DNA of 64,000 bases from Camelus ferus (lineage: Eukaryota): positions 80,788,001 through 80,852,000 of the forward strand of contig NC_045696.1 of NCBI RefSeq assembly GCF_009834535.1, given 5' to 3'. Of the stretch, positions 1 to 12,880 are shown piece after piece (the stretch's first letter is position 1; every line of letters starts with the position of its first letter). The notes under the pieces are model-generated. The model was not told the DNA's origin and did no database searches. It saw only the letters and a list, made by a program, of their open reading frames with translations. A program made the position numbers and the translations under genes.

Positions 1-737
1 TAGCTACATTTTAATAGAAAACTCCCTAAGATCAAAAAGCTTCAAATTTGAACTGTCTAGTCTCCAGTAATGAATGTCAGGTATCCTGAGAAACAATGAG
101 AGAAGGATTTGTTGGGTCTTTAAGCCTCTGTAATGCCTCTTCAATCAAGCCACCTCCTCCTGAGGTGAGGGGTGTCCCTTTCTTTGACCCAGGGAGCTAG
201 ATACCAGTGCTGTCATCCTTCAATCATGTGATCATGCACACTTTCCTAGTGAGGCCTGAAGTTAGTAAAGTCCATCACCCACCTTCTTCAATTATTTTCA
301 GTTCAAACAGTTGTGTGCAAAGAAAAAGATGGGAGAACTCAGATTTTGGTCTTGCAAACCTTTGGGTCATGTAAACACACCTCATTGTTTCTAATAAAAG
401 CATTAGTCTGAAAATTATTTTAATTTGTTCTTCATTTAAAAATTCTTTTTCATGGGTTATACTTTTCTCAATTCAAATTTCAAAAGAGAAATTCCAATTT
501 CTCAGAATATTAAGGTTAAGAAGATTAAAATAAAAGAACGTTTTAAGAATGTCTTGAACAGCATTTCATTATAGTATGCATAATACAGTTTAGTATAATA
601 TAGTATAGTATAGATGATTGAATGATATTAAGAAAATCCTATGTTTAAAAGATAACTAAACTAATAGAAATCAGTGTTGTAAGGTAAAATCTGATTTTCT
701 TTAGAATTTTGATGTCTTCATATTGTTGAAAAACTTA

Positions 738-1010
<273 letters not shown>

Positions 1011-1049
1011 TCAAAGATGTTTTGTTACCAAAACATGAGAGTATGTCAG

Positions 1050-1095
1050 GCCTCAATAAACAGAAGTTTCTTAGAGACAGTAGCCATGACACATG
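1050..1095 (-). promoter_or_regulatory. Putative TMEM212 proximal promoter with forkhead and X-box-like motifs
   Basis: ATAAACA at 1056-1062 (forkhead RTAAAYA), plus GTTTCTTAGAGAC at 1066-1078 and GTAGCCATGACAC at 1080-1092 (RFX X-box-like), all 70-110 bp upstream of the ATG. Confidence 0.4.
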
Positions 1096-1919
1096 CGGAC
1101 TGTTGATCTACTTGGAAGCAAGATTGTATTTGCTTTTGTGAAATCATGATCAAATGTAGTGAAATAATTTGACAAAATAAATTCTAATACTAGTTTATTT
1201 CAGAGAGAGAGAGAGAAGTTGTTTCTTGTTATGGGCTCCCACCTCCATTCCCTCCATTCTGCTCTGTCCTGGGGAGTGACCACTTCCTGGCTTAATCAGA
1301 TTCAAAGGCTTGCTGACTGAGCTAATTGTTTCTCAACTCAACCTGTCTGGTGGTTCCAGCATAAAGCCAACATCCTTTGTGCACAATAGATCCACATTCC
1401 CAGCACAATTTCCCACAAAACAAAGTAAATTTCCTTCAAAGTTCAATTCTAATATAATTATTTTGGATTTTTTATTTAGGATTATGCATAAGCTTCATTA
1501 TGAATTTCTGCATTGTTTTCACTGAACCAGCTTCACCTTAATTATTTCATTATTAATTCAATTATCAAGTAAAGTGCAAAGGTGGAAATGCATGCAGTGG
1601 TAAAATAAACTTCGAGGAGTAATTCATTAATTGAATAAAATACTGATCTCCATTCTTGAATCGTAATTCAGATTTTAGATGGCAGGCTTATGTACACTGG
1701 AGCAATAGCAGAAGTTCATCTCTTAATTTCTCATGCATTTGAGAAAGTGGTGTGTATTTGCTGTGACTCAGACGGCATGTTTGACTGTCTCTTCCAAGAC
1801 AAACATCTGGAAAACACAGACCACTTTCTGAAGCTATCTGATTAAATTTCCTATACAATCTTCATGCCTTTTTTCTTTTTCTTTAAATAAAATAAAGAAA
1901 AATAATTTTATGGATGGAC

Positions 1920-2170
1920 ATGCGGTGGTTTAGAATATGGATTGTGGAGTCGGACAGAGCTGGGGTCCTGTTCTGGTCTCACTACCTACCAGGTATGTGT
2001 CCTTGGGTAAGGGCAAGTTACTTAGCTTTTCTAGGGCTGTTCTTCATGTGGAAAATGGGAATACAATTAATGTTTGTCTCACCAGGTGGTGGTTGTGAGG
2101 ATTAAATGAGCCAGTCCACGTAAAATGCTCAGCACTGGGCATGCGATAGCAGAGACGCTTGGGAAGCTAC
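1920..2170 (+). mobile_element. MIR SINE
   Basis: MIR core, e.g. 'gtgtccttgggtaagggcaagttacttagc...ttcatgtggaaaatgggaatacaat...gttgtgaggattaaatgag'. Confidence 0.8.
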
Positions 2171-5100
2171 CTGCTATCTCGTCAGGCCATTCCATCCTTG
2201 GAGTCCTTTCCATGTGGGACGAAGGAACAGTCTTCATGTTTCTTTTACCTGTTGTCTTGCAGACAATAAGTTTGCCTCTTCCTCATTAGTTTGGTAAGAG
2301 CTCCCAAAGGACCCTCTGACACACAGTGAGGAGAGAAGCTTCTCTTTGGTTTTCTGCTTTTTTCTTTCCATCCTTCTGTCTTTAGTAGCCATTCCATCCC
2401 AGGTGACCCAGATTTTGAAGCAGTTGCATTCCTGGATATACAGAAGCCAGGAAGCCAGCTCAAGCTTTCTGCTATAGCTATTATTTTCCGTCTCCTCTCA
2501 ACACTGAGAGTATAGCCCCTGATTTTTTAGTCTAATGCCACTAGGTAAGTTCCACAAGAGCAGAGACCTTGTGAGTCTTATAAATCCCTTCCATGTATAA
2601 GACATCCCCAACACCTAGAATCATGTCTAGCCCAGAATCGTTCCTAGTACACACTTGTTGAATTAATTAATGAATACATTCGACTTCCCAGCTACACATT
2701 TGGGGACCCCTGCGTCTGCCCTCGTCTAGGACTGTGTGTGTGCACCACGGCCAGTGTGTGCTAATGCTGACGTGTTCCCTTGTTACAGAGGTAGGGGTCT
2801 GGGCTGAAGAAAGACTTGTTAGTGTTAGTATTTGGTTCGAGCTGTTTTGACTTTTTCCTTTACTTTTTATCTCAAGGTTATAGCTACATGGTATGTCAAT
2901 ATACTGTGGGTCAGATCACTCTCTTCTGTTTGCATGTTTGAAAAATAAAGACTGTTGAAATACTCATGTTAAACAGTACAAAGATGGCAAACAAAGACAA
3001 TATTTTTTATTTTAATCTGGGGTGGGGGTGGGGGGCCTTTTCAGTGTTTGTAACGCTGACAGACTAACCCTGACTCTGCCACTGTGACCTGTAAACCTGA
3101 ATTTATTTGTGATTAGGAGAGTTGTTGCCCTTATTATAACAAAGAGACGGGACAGAGGGAGAAGCAGGAATTTCTCTGTGTGTTTTCCCTGCTGGAGGAA
3201 ATCTGTTCACACTAATTTCGTAAAGCAAGAAGACTTTCAGGGAGGGAAGCTACCAGGAAAGAAGAGAGAGTGTAATTCCGCTCCTGGCCCAGGCTTCCTC
3301 ACAGATCGGCCACGTCTCCTGTTCCCAGTGTCTGTTGGGCAGCCAGCAAGGCTCATAGGGCCCTGCCCCCGCCAGGCCCCCTCCCTCGGTCTGGCACTAA
3401 CTTACTGGAAGGCGGGTCTGTAATCCCTGCTGGAAGTGGTGTTTCTCAAGGTCTTTGCAGGCTGCGTTACAAATCCCCTCTCCCCCTCCCCCAGGGGGAT
3501 CCCACCATCTCGGCTCAGGGAAGAAGGGCAGAAGTTCCACCAAACTCTTCCATCTAGTTTTGCCATTAAAAGAAAAAAATTGACATTTTGATTCCAACAC
3601 TCACCCATCCACGCCCCACAAAAAAAAAAAAAAAAGGAAGGAGAGAGAAAAGATAAAATAAACATAACTTGGACTCCCAAAGAGGTGAGATAATGTCAGT
3701 GATGCTGAAGTGGGAAGCTGATTTGGACATTCTCCACCTCTCTAAGTACATTCCTTCACATGTAAGCCCTAGAAATAACGGCTCTGTATGTGCTCAAGTC
3801 AGGTTTTTGTTGTTTTTTTTTTAAGTAGGTATCTTGGGAGTATGAATGGCACTACTGTTATATAAGAGAGCGTTCTATTGGTGAAGGTAGGTACATTAGT
3901 GTTCTTTATGCTTTCTTTTGACTTTCTGTAGGTTTGAGAATTTCAAATTAAAAGGTGGGAGAACAAAAGGAAAAAAGAAGATCTAGCTTTAGTAACATGC
4001 AACAAATGAAAGGCCTAAGTTTTACTTAGGCATATAGCCATGCTGCTCAATAATCTTTGAGAATATTGACCAACGTAGATCACAGGATAAAGCATGTAAG
4101 ACCAAAAACTGCTTTGGCCCCTTCAGCACCAAGAGGAACCTGTCTTCCTAGCATAGGAATGATGGACAGATGTTGTGTACGATTATGTTGTGAAGACTCA
4201 GCGCTCATGCAGACACACTGATGCGTATCTTTCATACACTTATTTTTTTTTTTTTGTCTTTCCAAATATTGCAGGTTCTTAACTGGGTTAAATATCCTTC
4301 CAATGCTCATTCATAATGCACTTTTCCCTCTGCTTTTTACTAGCTATTCAGCTTCAACTTTGAGTGAACCCTCTCGTCTCATAATGGCTTGGGGTTTAAG
4401 GAGAGCAAAGTTCAATTTTTATCATCCCTAACTGGGAATTGTCAAATTGAAAGGCTTTTAATCTGCAAGATGTTTGGACCTAAATAGAGATTTGTGCATC
4501 AGCTTGTACTTACCTAATTCAGATATTATCTGCCTTTTGTATATCTGACCCTCAAATGTGTTTTGAAATCATCTGGAATTTATCAGAATTTTCCCGTTTT
4601 CGCAAAGCAAAACAACTTAAGTGTGTCACCAGCAAGCCATGCAGCTCGCTGTCGTTGGCCCTCCCAAGCCCTTGCAGCTGTAAGGAAATGCTCTTATTGG
4701 CAGACTAGACGCGCCAGGCAGCCTCCCACAGGCTACTGTGGAGATGTCTGCCTGTTGGAAAGGCCGTTCCTGTCTTGTTTTATCGTGGAGATAGAGGAGC
4801 CACAGAGAGAACTGATTGTGACAGCGGTGGTGATCGATTGGTGCCTTGGCCACCAAGGAGAGGGGAAGAAACTAAGAAAACAGGAAGAGAGAAACCAGTG
4901 GGGGTGTCTGGGGAAAAGAGGTGGAGAAGAGATGGGGAGGAGAGAAGGACAACAAGAGAGGAGTCAGAACATAGAGGAAAACATTCCTGAGGCCAAAAAC
5001 AGCTTCTTGCGTCACTCACAGATCCAAAGCCGGGGTCTGGACAGAGTTGATTCCGGGACAGAGAAGCGAATGGGAGCTGTGGGCTGTCCGTGTACATTTT

Positions 5101-5424
5101 ACCAAAGTGGTTTGTAGGGAGGACAAAAGGGAAAGAAATAGAAGGAAAGTGCAAAAAAGCAGAATGAGAAAGAGGCTGCTCTAAGTTTCCTGAAATGTTC
5201 TCAGATTATGCTTGCTTTTAAGATTGCTTTTAGGGACAAATCTTTGATTCCTTAAATGAGACATGTATATCTGTTTAGTTCCTTTTCTTGGCATTTTTGA
5301 AAGAGGAGAGGACCAAATTGTTCAGTAAGAGATTAGATATACTTTTTAGGCCAATTATATCCATGTAAAAGACAAAAAGGAGGGAGGAACGGAGAGGGTG
5401 CACTCACCAAAGCCCTCTACGGTT

Positions 5425-5545
5425 GCCATCATTATTCCCATTTTACAGATGGCAAAACTGAGGTTCTAAGATGCTAAATAATGAAGATGACCCAACTAAT
5501 TAGTGTTAAATCCTGGGTTTGAACTTAGGAGTACTCGACTCTGAA
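5425..5545 (-). mobile_element. MIR SINE fragment
   Basis: 'attattcccattttacagatggcaaaactgaggttc', the reverse-strand MIR core. Confidence 0.7.
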
Positions 5546-6889
5546 GTTTGTAATTTTTGTTTTTCTCTAGTAGAGCACTAGACAGGTATACTACAGCTTT
5601 TAAAACACATATGTACATCTGAAAATTGAACCATGAGATACCAAAGCCTACAGGGTGGTACTCAAGCCAAGGACACAATAGGAATGGAGATGATGCTGCA
5701 TATGCACAAAGGAGACATTATTAGAGCTGCTGATTCTACTCCCATTACAAAAAAAAAAATTTTAAAGAAAGAACCAAACAAAGAGATTCCTCGCTATTTT
5801 TTTAAAATTAAAACAAAGAGGGAACTAAAAACCGAAGTTTCATTTTTGTGTATTGACGTAAAAATTCCAGAATTCCTAGCTAGAGCGTTGCTGCGGCAAG
5901 TTTTCCATTTTGCAGTGCTTCACGTGCAGGCTCTTGCCTTTAACGTCAAGATGGACCGTGATGGTTGTCATATGGAATGTCCCTGAATGGCTGCTTGAGG
6001 AAGGGCAGGCTAAAACAAATGACTACGATAAGGAGCAGCTTGGTGCTGCAAAAAGAGACCAGGACTGTGTGACTTTGAGTAAATCAAAACCTCTCAGAAT
6101 CTTGGTGTCCTCAGTAACATGTGGAGGGTGTACTAGATAATTTCTAAGACTCCTTCTACAGCTAAGATTCTTTAAAATAAATCCCAAAGGATTAAAAGTA
6201 TCTAAGTGGCCAAAATGCCTGTTCCTAAGAAGCCTTTATAGATAAGAATGTTATTTCCTTGAAGACCAGGAACTTCCAGCTAGATGCCCTTCTGTCCAGT
6301 ACAAGCAATGGGCACATAAAAAGCCCTGCTCACTGTGCATTGGCCAATTAGAGTCTTTCTGGACAGATTTCACCTAGAGTTCCTCCAAGGAGGCCTCCTT
6401 TGACCCTCATGGCACACAAACAACCAGCAACTGGGAGCCAGCTTCCACCAGCTGGACAATTAAAAGGCTCTGAGCAACAAATTGGTGATCTCAGCCCAGC
6501 TCTGGTGACTGTCATAAAATAGCTAAACCTCGTTAACAAACACAGCAGAGGCTAAGGAGGGCAAGGATTGAAAGAACATAAAACCGAATCACTCTTCCTT
6601 CCCACTTTCTTGAAAAGGGATGAAAATCTGGGAGGGAACGGATAACATTTCAGGCATAGAGTGCCTGGTGCAGATAAATGGAGCGATGGGAATTTAATGA
6701 GGATCTGGACATGGCAGAGAACTCAAAGGCAAATCCCCATCCACTGGCCAAGAGTGACTAGGTAGGGTGAACCTCTCCATAGCAGTTTCTGATTGGTCAA
6801 GAAACAAGCAACCGTTAAAATATCAGGAGCCTCAATTTTCTACGTATTTCAAAATATAGGAAAGCGACGTGAGCTAAGCACAGTATAAA

Positions 6890-7170
6890 CAATTGATCAC
6901 TCCCCTGCTTCATCCAGGTCTCTGCTCCAAGGGCCCCTCATCACAGATCATCCCTCGTCAATCCTTTTTCTATCTCTTTTCTCAGCTTACTTCTTACCAC
7001 CTGATTTTATTCTTCATAGCACTTGGCTTGCTTGTTTATTATGTGTCTTCCCAACGTGAATTAAAACTCCACAAAAGCCAGTACATCTGCTACATCCCAG
7101 AGCCAAGAGCAATGCCTGGTCCACAGTAGACGCCTAGAAAATATTGATGAACGAATGAATGAATGAATGA
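6890..7170 (+). mobile_element. L2 3' end
   Basis: 'agagcaatgcctggtccacagtagacgcctagaaaatattgatgaacgaatgaatgaatgaa', a typical L2 tail. Confidence 0.7.
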
Positions 7171-8212
7171 AGTCACTGCTTATCACAATTACTAGTTTAT
7201 TCACACCATTTTGCTGTGAAAGCTAGCTTTTCAGGCCTTCACTTAGAAACACTTAATTTCATGGTACCTTAAATCTCTCTTTCCCCTCTCCACGACAATC
7301 CACACAGGAACACAAAGGTCTTCCGAGTTAGCTCACACAGCTGCTGCGAGACTGCTCTGTAACTACTTCTGCATTGTATGTAGATACACGGGAGAGGCAC
7401 CCTGAAGTCACCAAGTTTGGCTTGGCTACACCAGCATGTGACACACTGCCACATGACTTGTGTTAAATTTATTTTAGAGGAAGACACAAGGTCACAGACT
7501 AACCCCATGAGTGCAGCAAGAACTTCCGCCTCCAAGAGAAAGCTCTCATGTGCACTTGTTTAATCCACGGGTGATGCCAAATTTTAAAGCAGCTCATGTT
7601 TGTGGTGATCTATCTAATTTAATGATTTTTATGATTAGAATTTTTGTGATTCTAATGATTTTTATGTATCTCTGCACATTTCTTTATTTGACCACTTTTC
7701 ATAGATAATAGTTATTTCCCCCTAATTTGTAGAAAAATGAAATAACAAAAATATGTAAAAATTTTGCTTGGGAGAATTTGGCTATGCAAATTTATGCTTC
7801 TATTGTATTTCCATACTGATGATATACTGTGATCTTTTCTGAGACAGGATAACTAATACACTGAGTGCATCCTTATGACATAAGGAGTTGGGTAGCATAA
7901 TATAAACAGCACCTACAATTAGCAGATGATGGAATCATTTTTTTTTTGTATAGAAAGGCCCACACTTTCCTTTTCCAGCAATGCAGATATCCTGACCTAG
8001 CTTTTATTTATTTATGTATGTAAGTATGTATTTACGTATTTATTTATTTATAGAGGAGAAAATGGTGTTTCTTGGAACTTCTTCATGGCATTGTCCCAGT
8101 ACATTGACTCTTCTGTTTCTTCCTCACAGTCCACGCAAAACTTATTGACATAAAAGATAAAAGCTGGGCCCAAGCAAAGCTCCTTTATCTAATGGACAAG
8201 TTCACGAAGAAT

Positions 8213-8335
8213 GTGGGGTGGGGGAGGGTAGAGCACATGCTCAGCACACATGAGGTCCTGGGTTCAATCCCCAGCACCTCCATGAAAAATCATCATCCTC
8301 ATCATCCTCATCAAATAAAAATTGTTAAAAAAAAA
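8213..8335 (+). mobile_element. Camelid tRNA-derived SINE (vic-1-like) with an A-box deletion
   Basis: 'gggggagggtagagcacatgctcagcacacatgaggtcctgggttcaatccccagcacctcc' with B box GGTTCAATCCC and an A-rich tail. Homologous to the copy at 30614-30756. Confidence 0.8.
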
Positions 8336-9693
8336 TCACGTGAGGCAATGAGAATGAAAAGTACATAGTAATAACCCAAGTGGAGGATCACGGAGTCTAA
8401 AAGAAACTTCGCGATGGGCCATTCCATGCCTGTCATTTCACAGAATAATTCCATAGCTCAAATACCAAGAAAAAGAGCCGTCCAAGTACAACATTGACCT
8501 AAAATGTAAGAAGCCCGTTGTGACCCAAGCACTTTCTGCTATATCTGCATTTAGCACTAGGTGTTGCTCTACTGCTGCATATAGATCAGCTTTCCTTTGC
8601 TGTGCAGTGGGCGTCGAGCCTCCTCATTTGAGTTCCCTTCTGCAAATGCTGAGTTTTGAAGATAATGCTCTGCTCATATATCATATGTTACATTGAACAA
8701 GCTTCCCGTAGTGGGGTAGGTGTAGCATACTGAATCCACCGAAACAGCGGCCCTGGAGAAAAGTGATCAATATATACCAGGGAAAGGCTGCTCCAAAGTC
8801 AAATTTTTCAAATTGCCCTAATTCAAATATTTACTTAAACTCTGTTTTTATATTATGTGCAATACAAGGGGAATGACATTGTTAGCTGCATGTTTCCTGG
8901 AACTGACTGTCTGCTACAAGGCCACAGATAAAGTTTGTTTATAGAAAAACAAAATATAAAAAAAAGTTTAGCACTGTTCTATTTGAGGTTTAATACTCCC
9001 ACACATACCAAGTGGGAGAAAGGACAACTTTCCAGAACTTTTCTTTCCCAGTGGCAACAGAGAACGGAAATGCTTTAACCCCCTCTAGTGACAGATGAAC
9101 TTTCACTCAGATTAGTTCAGTTCAGTGTTTGAAGGATAATGCCATAGGGAGAGGCAGGTCATGCTTCAGGAAGTTTATAGTTTAGGAAGTGGGCAAATTT
9201 CAATTCATCTGTAAGTTTTAAAGGGCATAAAATTCAGCTACTAAGTGTGAATCTTTGACATCATTACTCGTTCTTTCAACTTGGGTCAATTTGGTATAAA
9301 CCTCAGCATAAATGCTCCAAGTTCTATAAGTCACATATGTTATCCTCATCTAGTGTGGTTTTTAAATCTTCTGAATCTATGTAACAAGACAGTGTGTAGT
9401 ATTTTGTTGCTAAATATATTGTTATTTCAGTTTTGGTGTTTACCAATAACTATTTGTAAGACCAATAAGGAGGCTAATAAGAGTCCTAGGTTTTTAGCAC
9501 AAAGGAAAGTGGTGGTCTGAGGGGCGGGAGCATCGTAATCACGTGACAGAGCTTAGCGCAAAGGGAGGGAAACACTTCATGCAGCGTTGGCTGCCAGGCC
9601 CACAATATAAACCCCTCAATCTAGTCCTCAGGAGAGGATTTCTTCTAATTTTTATAGTTCGGGCCTCGGGCTGAAAAAACAGAGTCCTTAGTT

Positions 9694-9972
9694 TTTTGTT
9701 TTTTGGGTTTTTTTTTTTTTTTTAACATTTTTTATTGATTTATAATCATTTTACAATGTTGTGTCAAATTCCAGTGTTCAGCACAATTCTTCAGTCATTC
9801 ATGGACATATACACACTCATTGTCACATTTTTTTCTCTGTGAGTTATCATAACATTTTGTGTATATTTCCCTGTGCTATACAGTGTAATCTTGTTTATCT
9901 ATTCTACAATTTTGAAATCCCAGTCTATCCCTTCCCACCCTCCACCCCCCTGGTAACCACAAGTCTGTATTC
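9694..9972 (-). mobile_element. Young 5'-truncated L1 (3' UTR plus poly-A) with a perfect 15-bp TSD
   Basis: Poly-T tract followed by L1 3' UTR sequence. TSD ACAGAGTCCTTAGTT at 9679-9693 and 9973-9987. Confidence 0.88.
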
Positions 9973-10578
9973 ACAGAGTCCTTAGTTGAAGCTTGACTTT
10001 CTCACCAAGTGGATGTTTCAGCTCTCTCTCTAGCACAGACACAGCCCTCTGTCCTGAAGATTCTATTTCCTTTACTTCCTTTAAGGATAAAACTATGCTT
10101 TGTGGTTTTTATCCCCTGTTCACTTAGGATATTTAAACACAGAGTGCGCTCTATTTTGCTCCCTATTTTCTCTTCCAGAGGCTCTCCTGGCCGCCCCTCC
10201 TGCCTCAGTGATCAGGTAGAACGGTCTCCGCTGTTTTTTGCACTGCTTTTGTCAGGCTCCATATTAAAGACGGGCCATTTTTCAACAGTGATAGGTCAAA
10301 TTTCTGATCCAAGTTCTTGTAAACTTGGGGTAAGAGGTGTTCATATGTTAAGAGAATTGTCTACTTCCTCTAAAGGGGAGAGGGGGAAGAATTTTTGAAA
10401 GAATCCACTTTGGAAATCAGTGTTTAGTGAACGGAAGGAGAAGCCTAATGCTGGTAGATACTGAGGAAGTTTCTGTCATCTCTAGACCCACGTGTATGTG
10501 GACCATTTATAGGTTGGGTCTGTGGGTGCGTATGTAGCAGGTAAGGTCAGTAAAAGCTATGAAAATAGGCTTATTTTT

Positions 10579-10626
10579 TACACACACACACATACACACA
10601 CACATACACACATACATACACACACA
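10579..10626. repeat. (CA)n/(CATA)n microsatellite
   Basis: Seen directly in the sequence. Confidence 0.9.
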
Positions 10627-11111
10627 TATAAATTACAAAACTCTTACACTTCAGTTTTCTTAATACTAAATTGACCAGACTTTAAAAAAAAAAATTCTGC
10701 TGTATGGGCTTCTCTAATCTCATCTACTAATTTCCTCCAGCCTTTTCTATCCTCCAAGCCTTTATTTGCATAATTCCAAAGAGGTGAGTGTGGGTCCTGC
10801 TCTTGCTTAAAAATTATTTCCAACTCTAGAGTTTAACCAACTCTAATTTTCAAGTTCATTCGAAGATTGAGACAAAAATCTCTCTACGAAAAGCAAAATG
10901 AAAGCCAAATTCCTATCCTTTTGCCTTTTTTCATGTTTTATTATCCTATGTTTCCTAATAATACATTTTGTAAACATTGAATTGGGTACACGTTCTGTGT
11001 ACCAGAGGCAAGGCTGTGACAGTTAACACAAGTCAAATCACTATCCACAGAAGATGGCCATTTCAGGCTATTTACCTTTGCATTACAATTGCATTCAGGT
11101 GCAATTTACGT

Positions 11112-11229
11112 TTTTTCTTCCTTTATTTATTTATTTTTTATTAAAAATGTTTTACTAAAATATAGTCAGTTTACAATGCTGTGTTAATTTCTGGTGTTCA
11201 TCATAGTGATTCAGTTGTACACATGTGTA

Positions 11230-11298
<69 letters not shown>

Positions 11299-11520
11299 CT
11301 TTCCATATTCTTTTTCATTATAGGCTATTACAAGATATTGAATATAGTTCCCTGTGCTATATAGCAGGACCTTGTTTTTATCCATATTATATATACTCAT
11401 TAGTATCTGCAAATCCCAAGCTCCCAATTTATCTCTCCACACCTCCCTTTCCCGGCTGGTAACCACAAGTTTGTTTTCTATGTCTGTGAGTCTGTCCCTG
11501 TTTTGTAAGTAAGTTCATCC
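11112..11520 (-). mobile_element. L1 3' end (artiodactyl type) containing a long (TG)n(TA)n microsatellite at about 11230-11295
   Basis: '...tatagtcagtttacaatgctgtgttaatttctggtgttcatcatagtgattcag...aatatagttccctgtgctatatagcaggacc...ggtaaccacaagtttgttttctatgtctgtgagtc'. Confidence 0.85.
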
Positions 11521-12762
11521 TCCTTTCTTGATAAAGGAAAAAGAAAAAAATACCCTAGAAAACATTACAGAATTCAACTATATGCATTTTTCGATCAGTG
11601 ATAAACCATAGGATTTAATGCACCCAGCAGGGTCAGAGCTGGCCTGAGCTGTAGCTTGGGGATGTGTACCCAGAGGCACAACTGTGACATCCACAAGTCA
11701 GAAAATATGGGCAGACCACAGTATCACAAGGTGCTACTAAAAAGCTTATTAAAGTCTAGAAATGTTTGCTTAACACCTGCTAAGCTCACACCCACTGCTA
11801 AGAATTCATTTTGTATGTTTATAATAATAATGATAGACATAGAAATTTCCTCCCAATCTGCTTCCTTTTTTTCTCGTTAATTCTGGGTTAGAGAAGACAG
11901 TAATTATAAGAAAGACATTTCAAAGAGAACGTACACTTAAAAAGAAGTATTTACAACATAGATTTAATTATGTTTTTAAAAATGTAATTATTTCAGTTAG
12001 GCCAACTTTGTGCTTTTCCTTAGAAGAAAGTCTGGCAACATTTTTGGGGTGCACTTTTAGTGAGCAAAAGTCTTCCTTTTGAGTACCCACACTAGAGTAA
12101 CTTTGGAATGAGCAATCACTAGGTTCTCCCTAATGTAAATGTGGTGTTTGTAAACAGAACACTCCTATAGCATGGGTGAGTTACCTTTTATCAGCATTTC
12201 CTCATGATGAGTGATAAGGAAAGATGCTTTTGAAGTGCATCAGTTTCCTCTTCGGATTTTTCTTCAAAATAGTTCAAAATACTGATTCCCTGTGCCTCAC
12301 CATTTTCCTCCGACTTTACTCCTGCCTGCAGAATTGTAGGCCTCTGCCCCAGTTCTGCAGGAGAATGTCTCCTGTCTCCCTCTGGGAGTTCAGTCTTCTT
12401 GCAGTACAGGCTCCCACACTCATTTCCTCCAGCTGCCTCTAAGCGGTCCTGTGCCCTATGCCTTCATCCAGCCGCTGAGGTGATGCTCCGTCTGCTGCAT
12501 GTCCTAGGCAGATGGTTGCAGTATGATCTAGCCTTTATCTTTAGACCAAGCCTCTGGCCTTGACTCTCCTTCCTGGTGAGTCTTCTTCCCCAGGGGAGTC
12601 CTCAGCCTCATACACATACAGCTGGCGCTAGAACTTCCCTAGGCTTGTCTGAATTTGCAACAGTTTAGGCTGGCCTGGGGGCCCTCAGTTATGTAAAGAT
12701 TGGGGCTATCACTATCAGTGACCAACTGCTTGGTGCTTAGCATTATTTGACATTATAGAAAA

Positions 12763-12880
12763 ATAGGAAGAAAGGGACAGAGGGAGGGAGGAGAAGGGAA
12801 GAAAGGAAGTAAGGAAGAAGGGAAGGCAGGGAGGAAAAATGGAAGGAAAAAAAGAAATTTTAAAAGAATGAAAGAAAAGG
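12763..12880. repeat. Polypurine (GGAA/GA-rich) low-complexity tract
   Basis: Seen directly in the sequence. Confidence 0.8.

Noticed and set aside
4563..5154. 184-aa and 124-aa ORFs
   Set aside because: They span a purine-rich low-complexity tract, show no recognisable homology and have no convincing splice signals.
9076..9092. CTCF-like motif (reverse complement TGTCACTAGAGGGGG)
   Set aside because: Partial match only; not distinguishable from chance without a PWM score or ChIP data.
11155..11466. ORFs with YIYIYI repeats
   Set aside because: Translation of a (TA)n microsatellite inside an L1 3' UTR.
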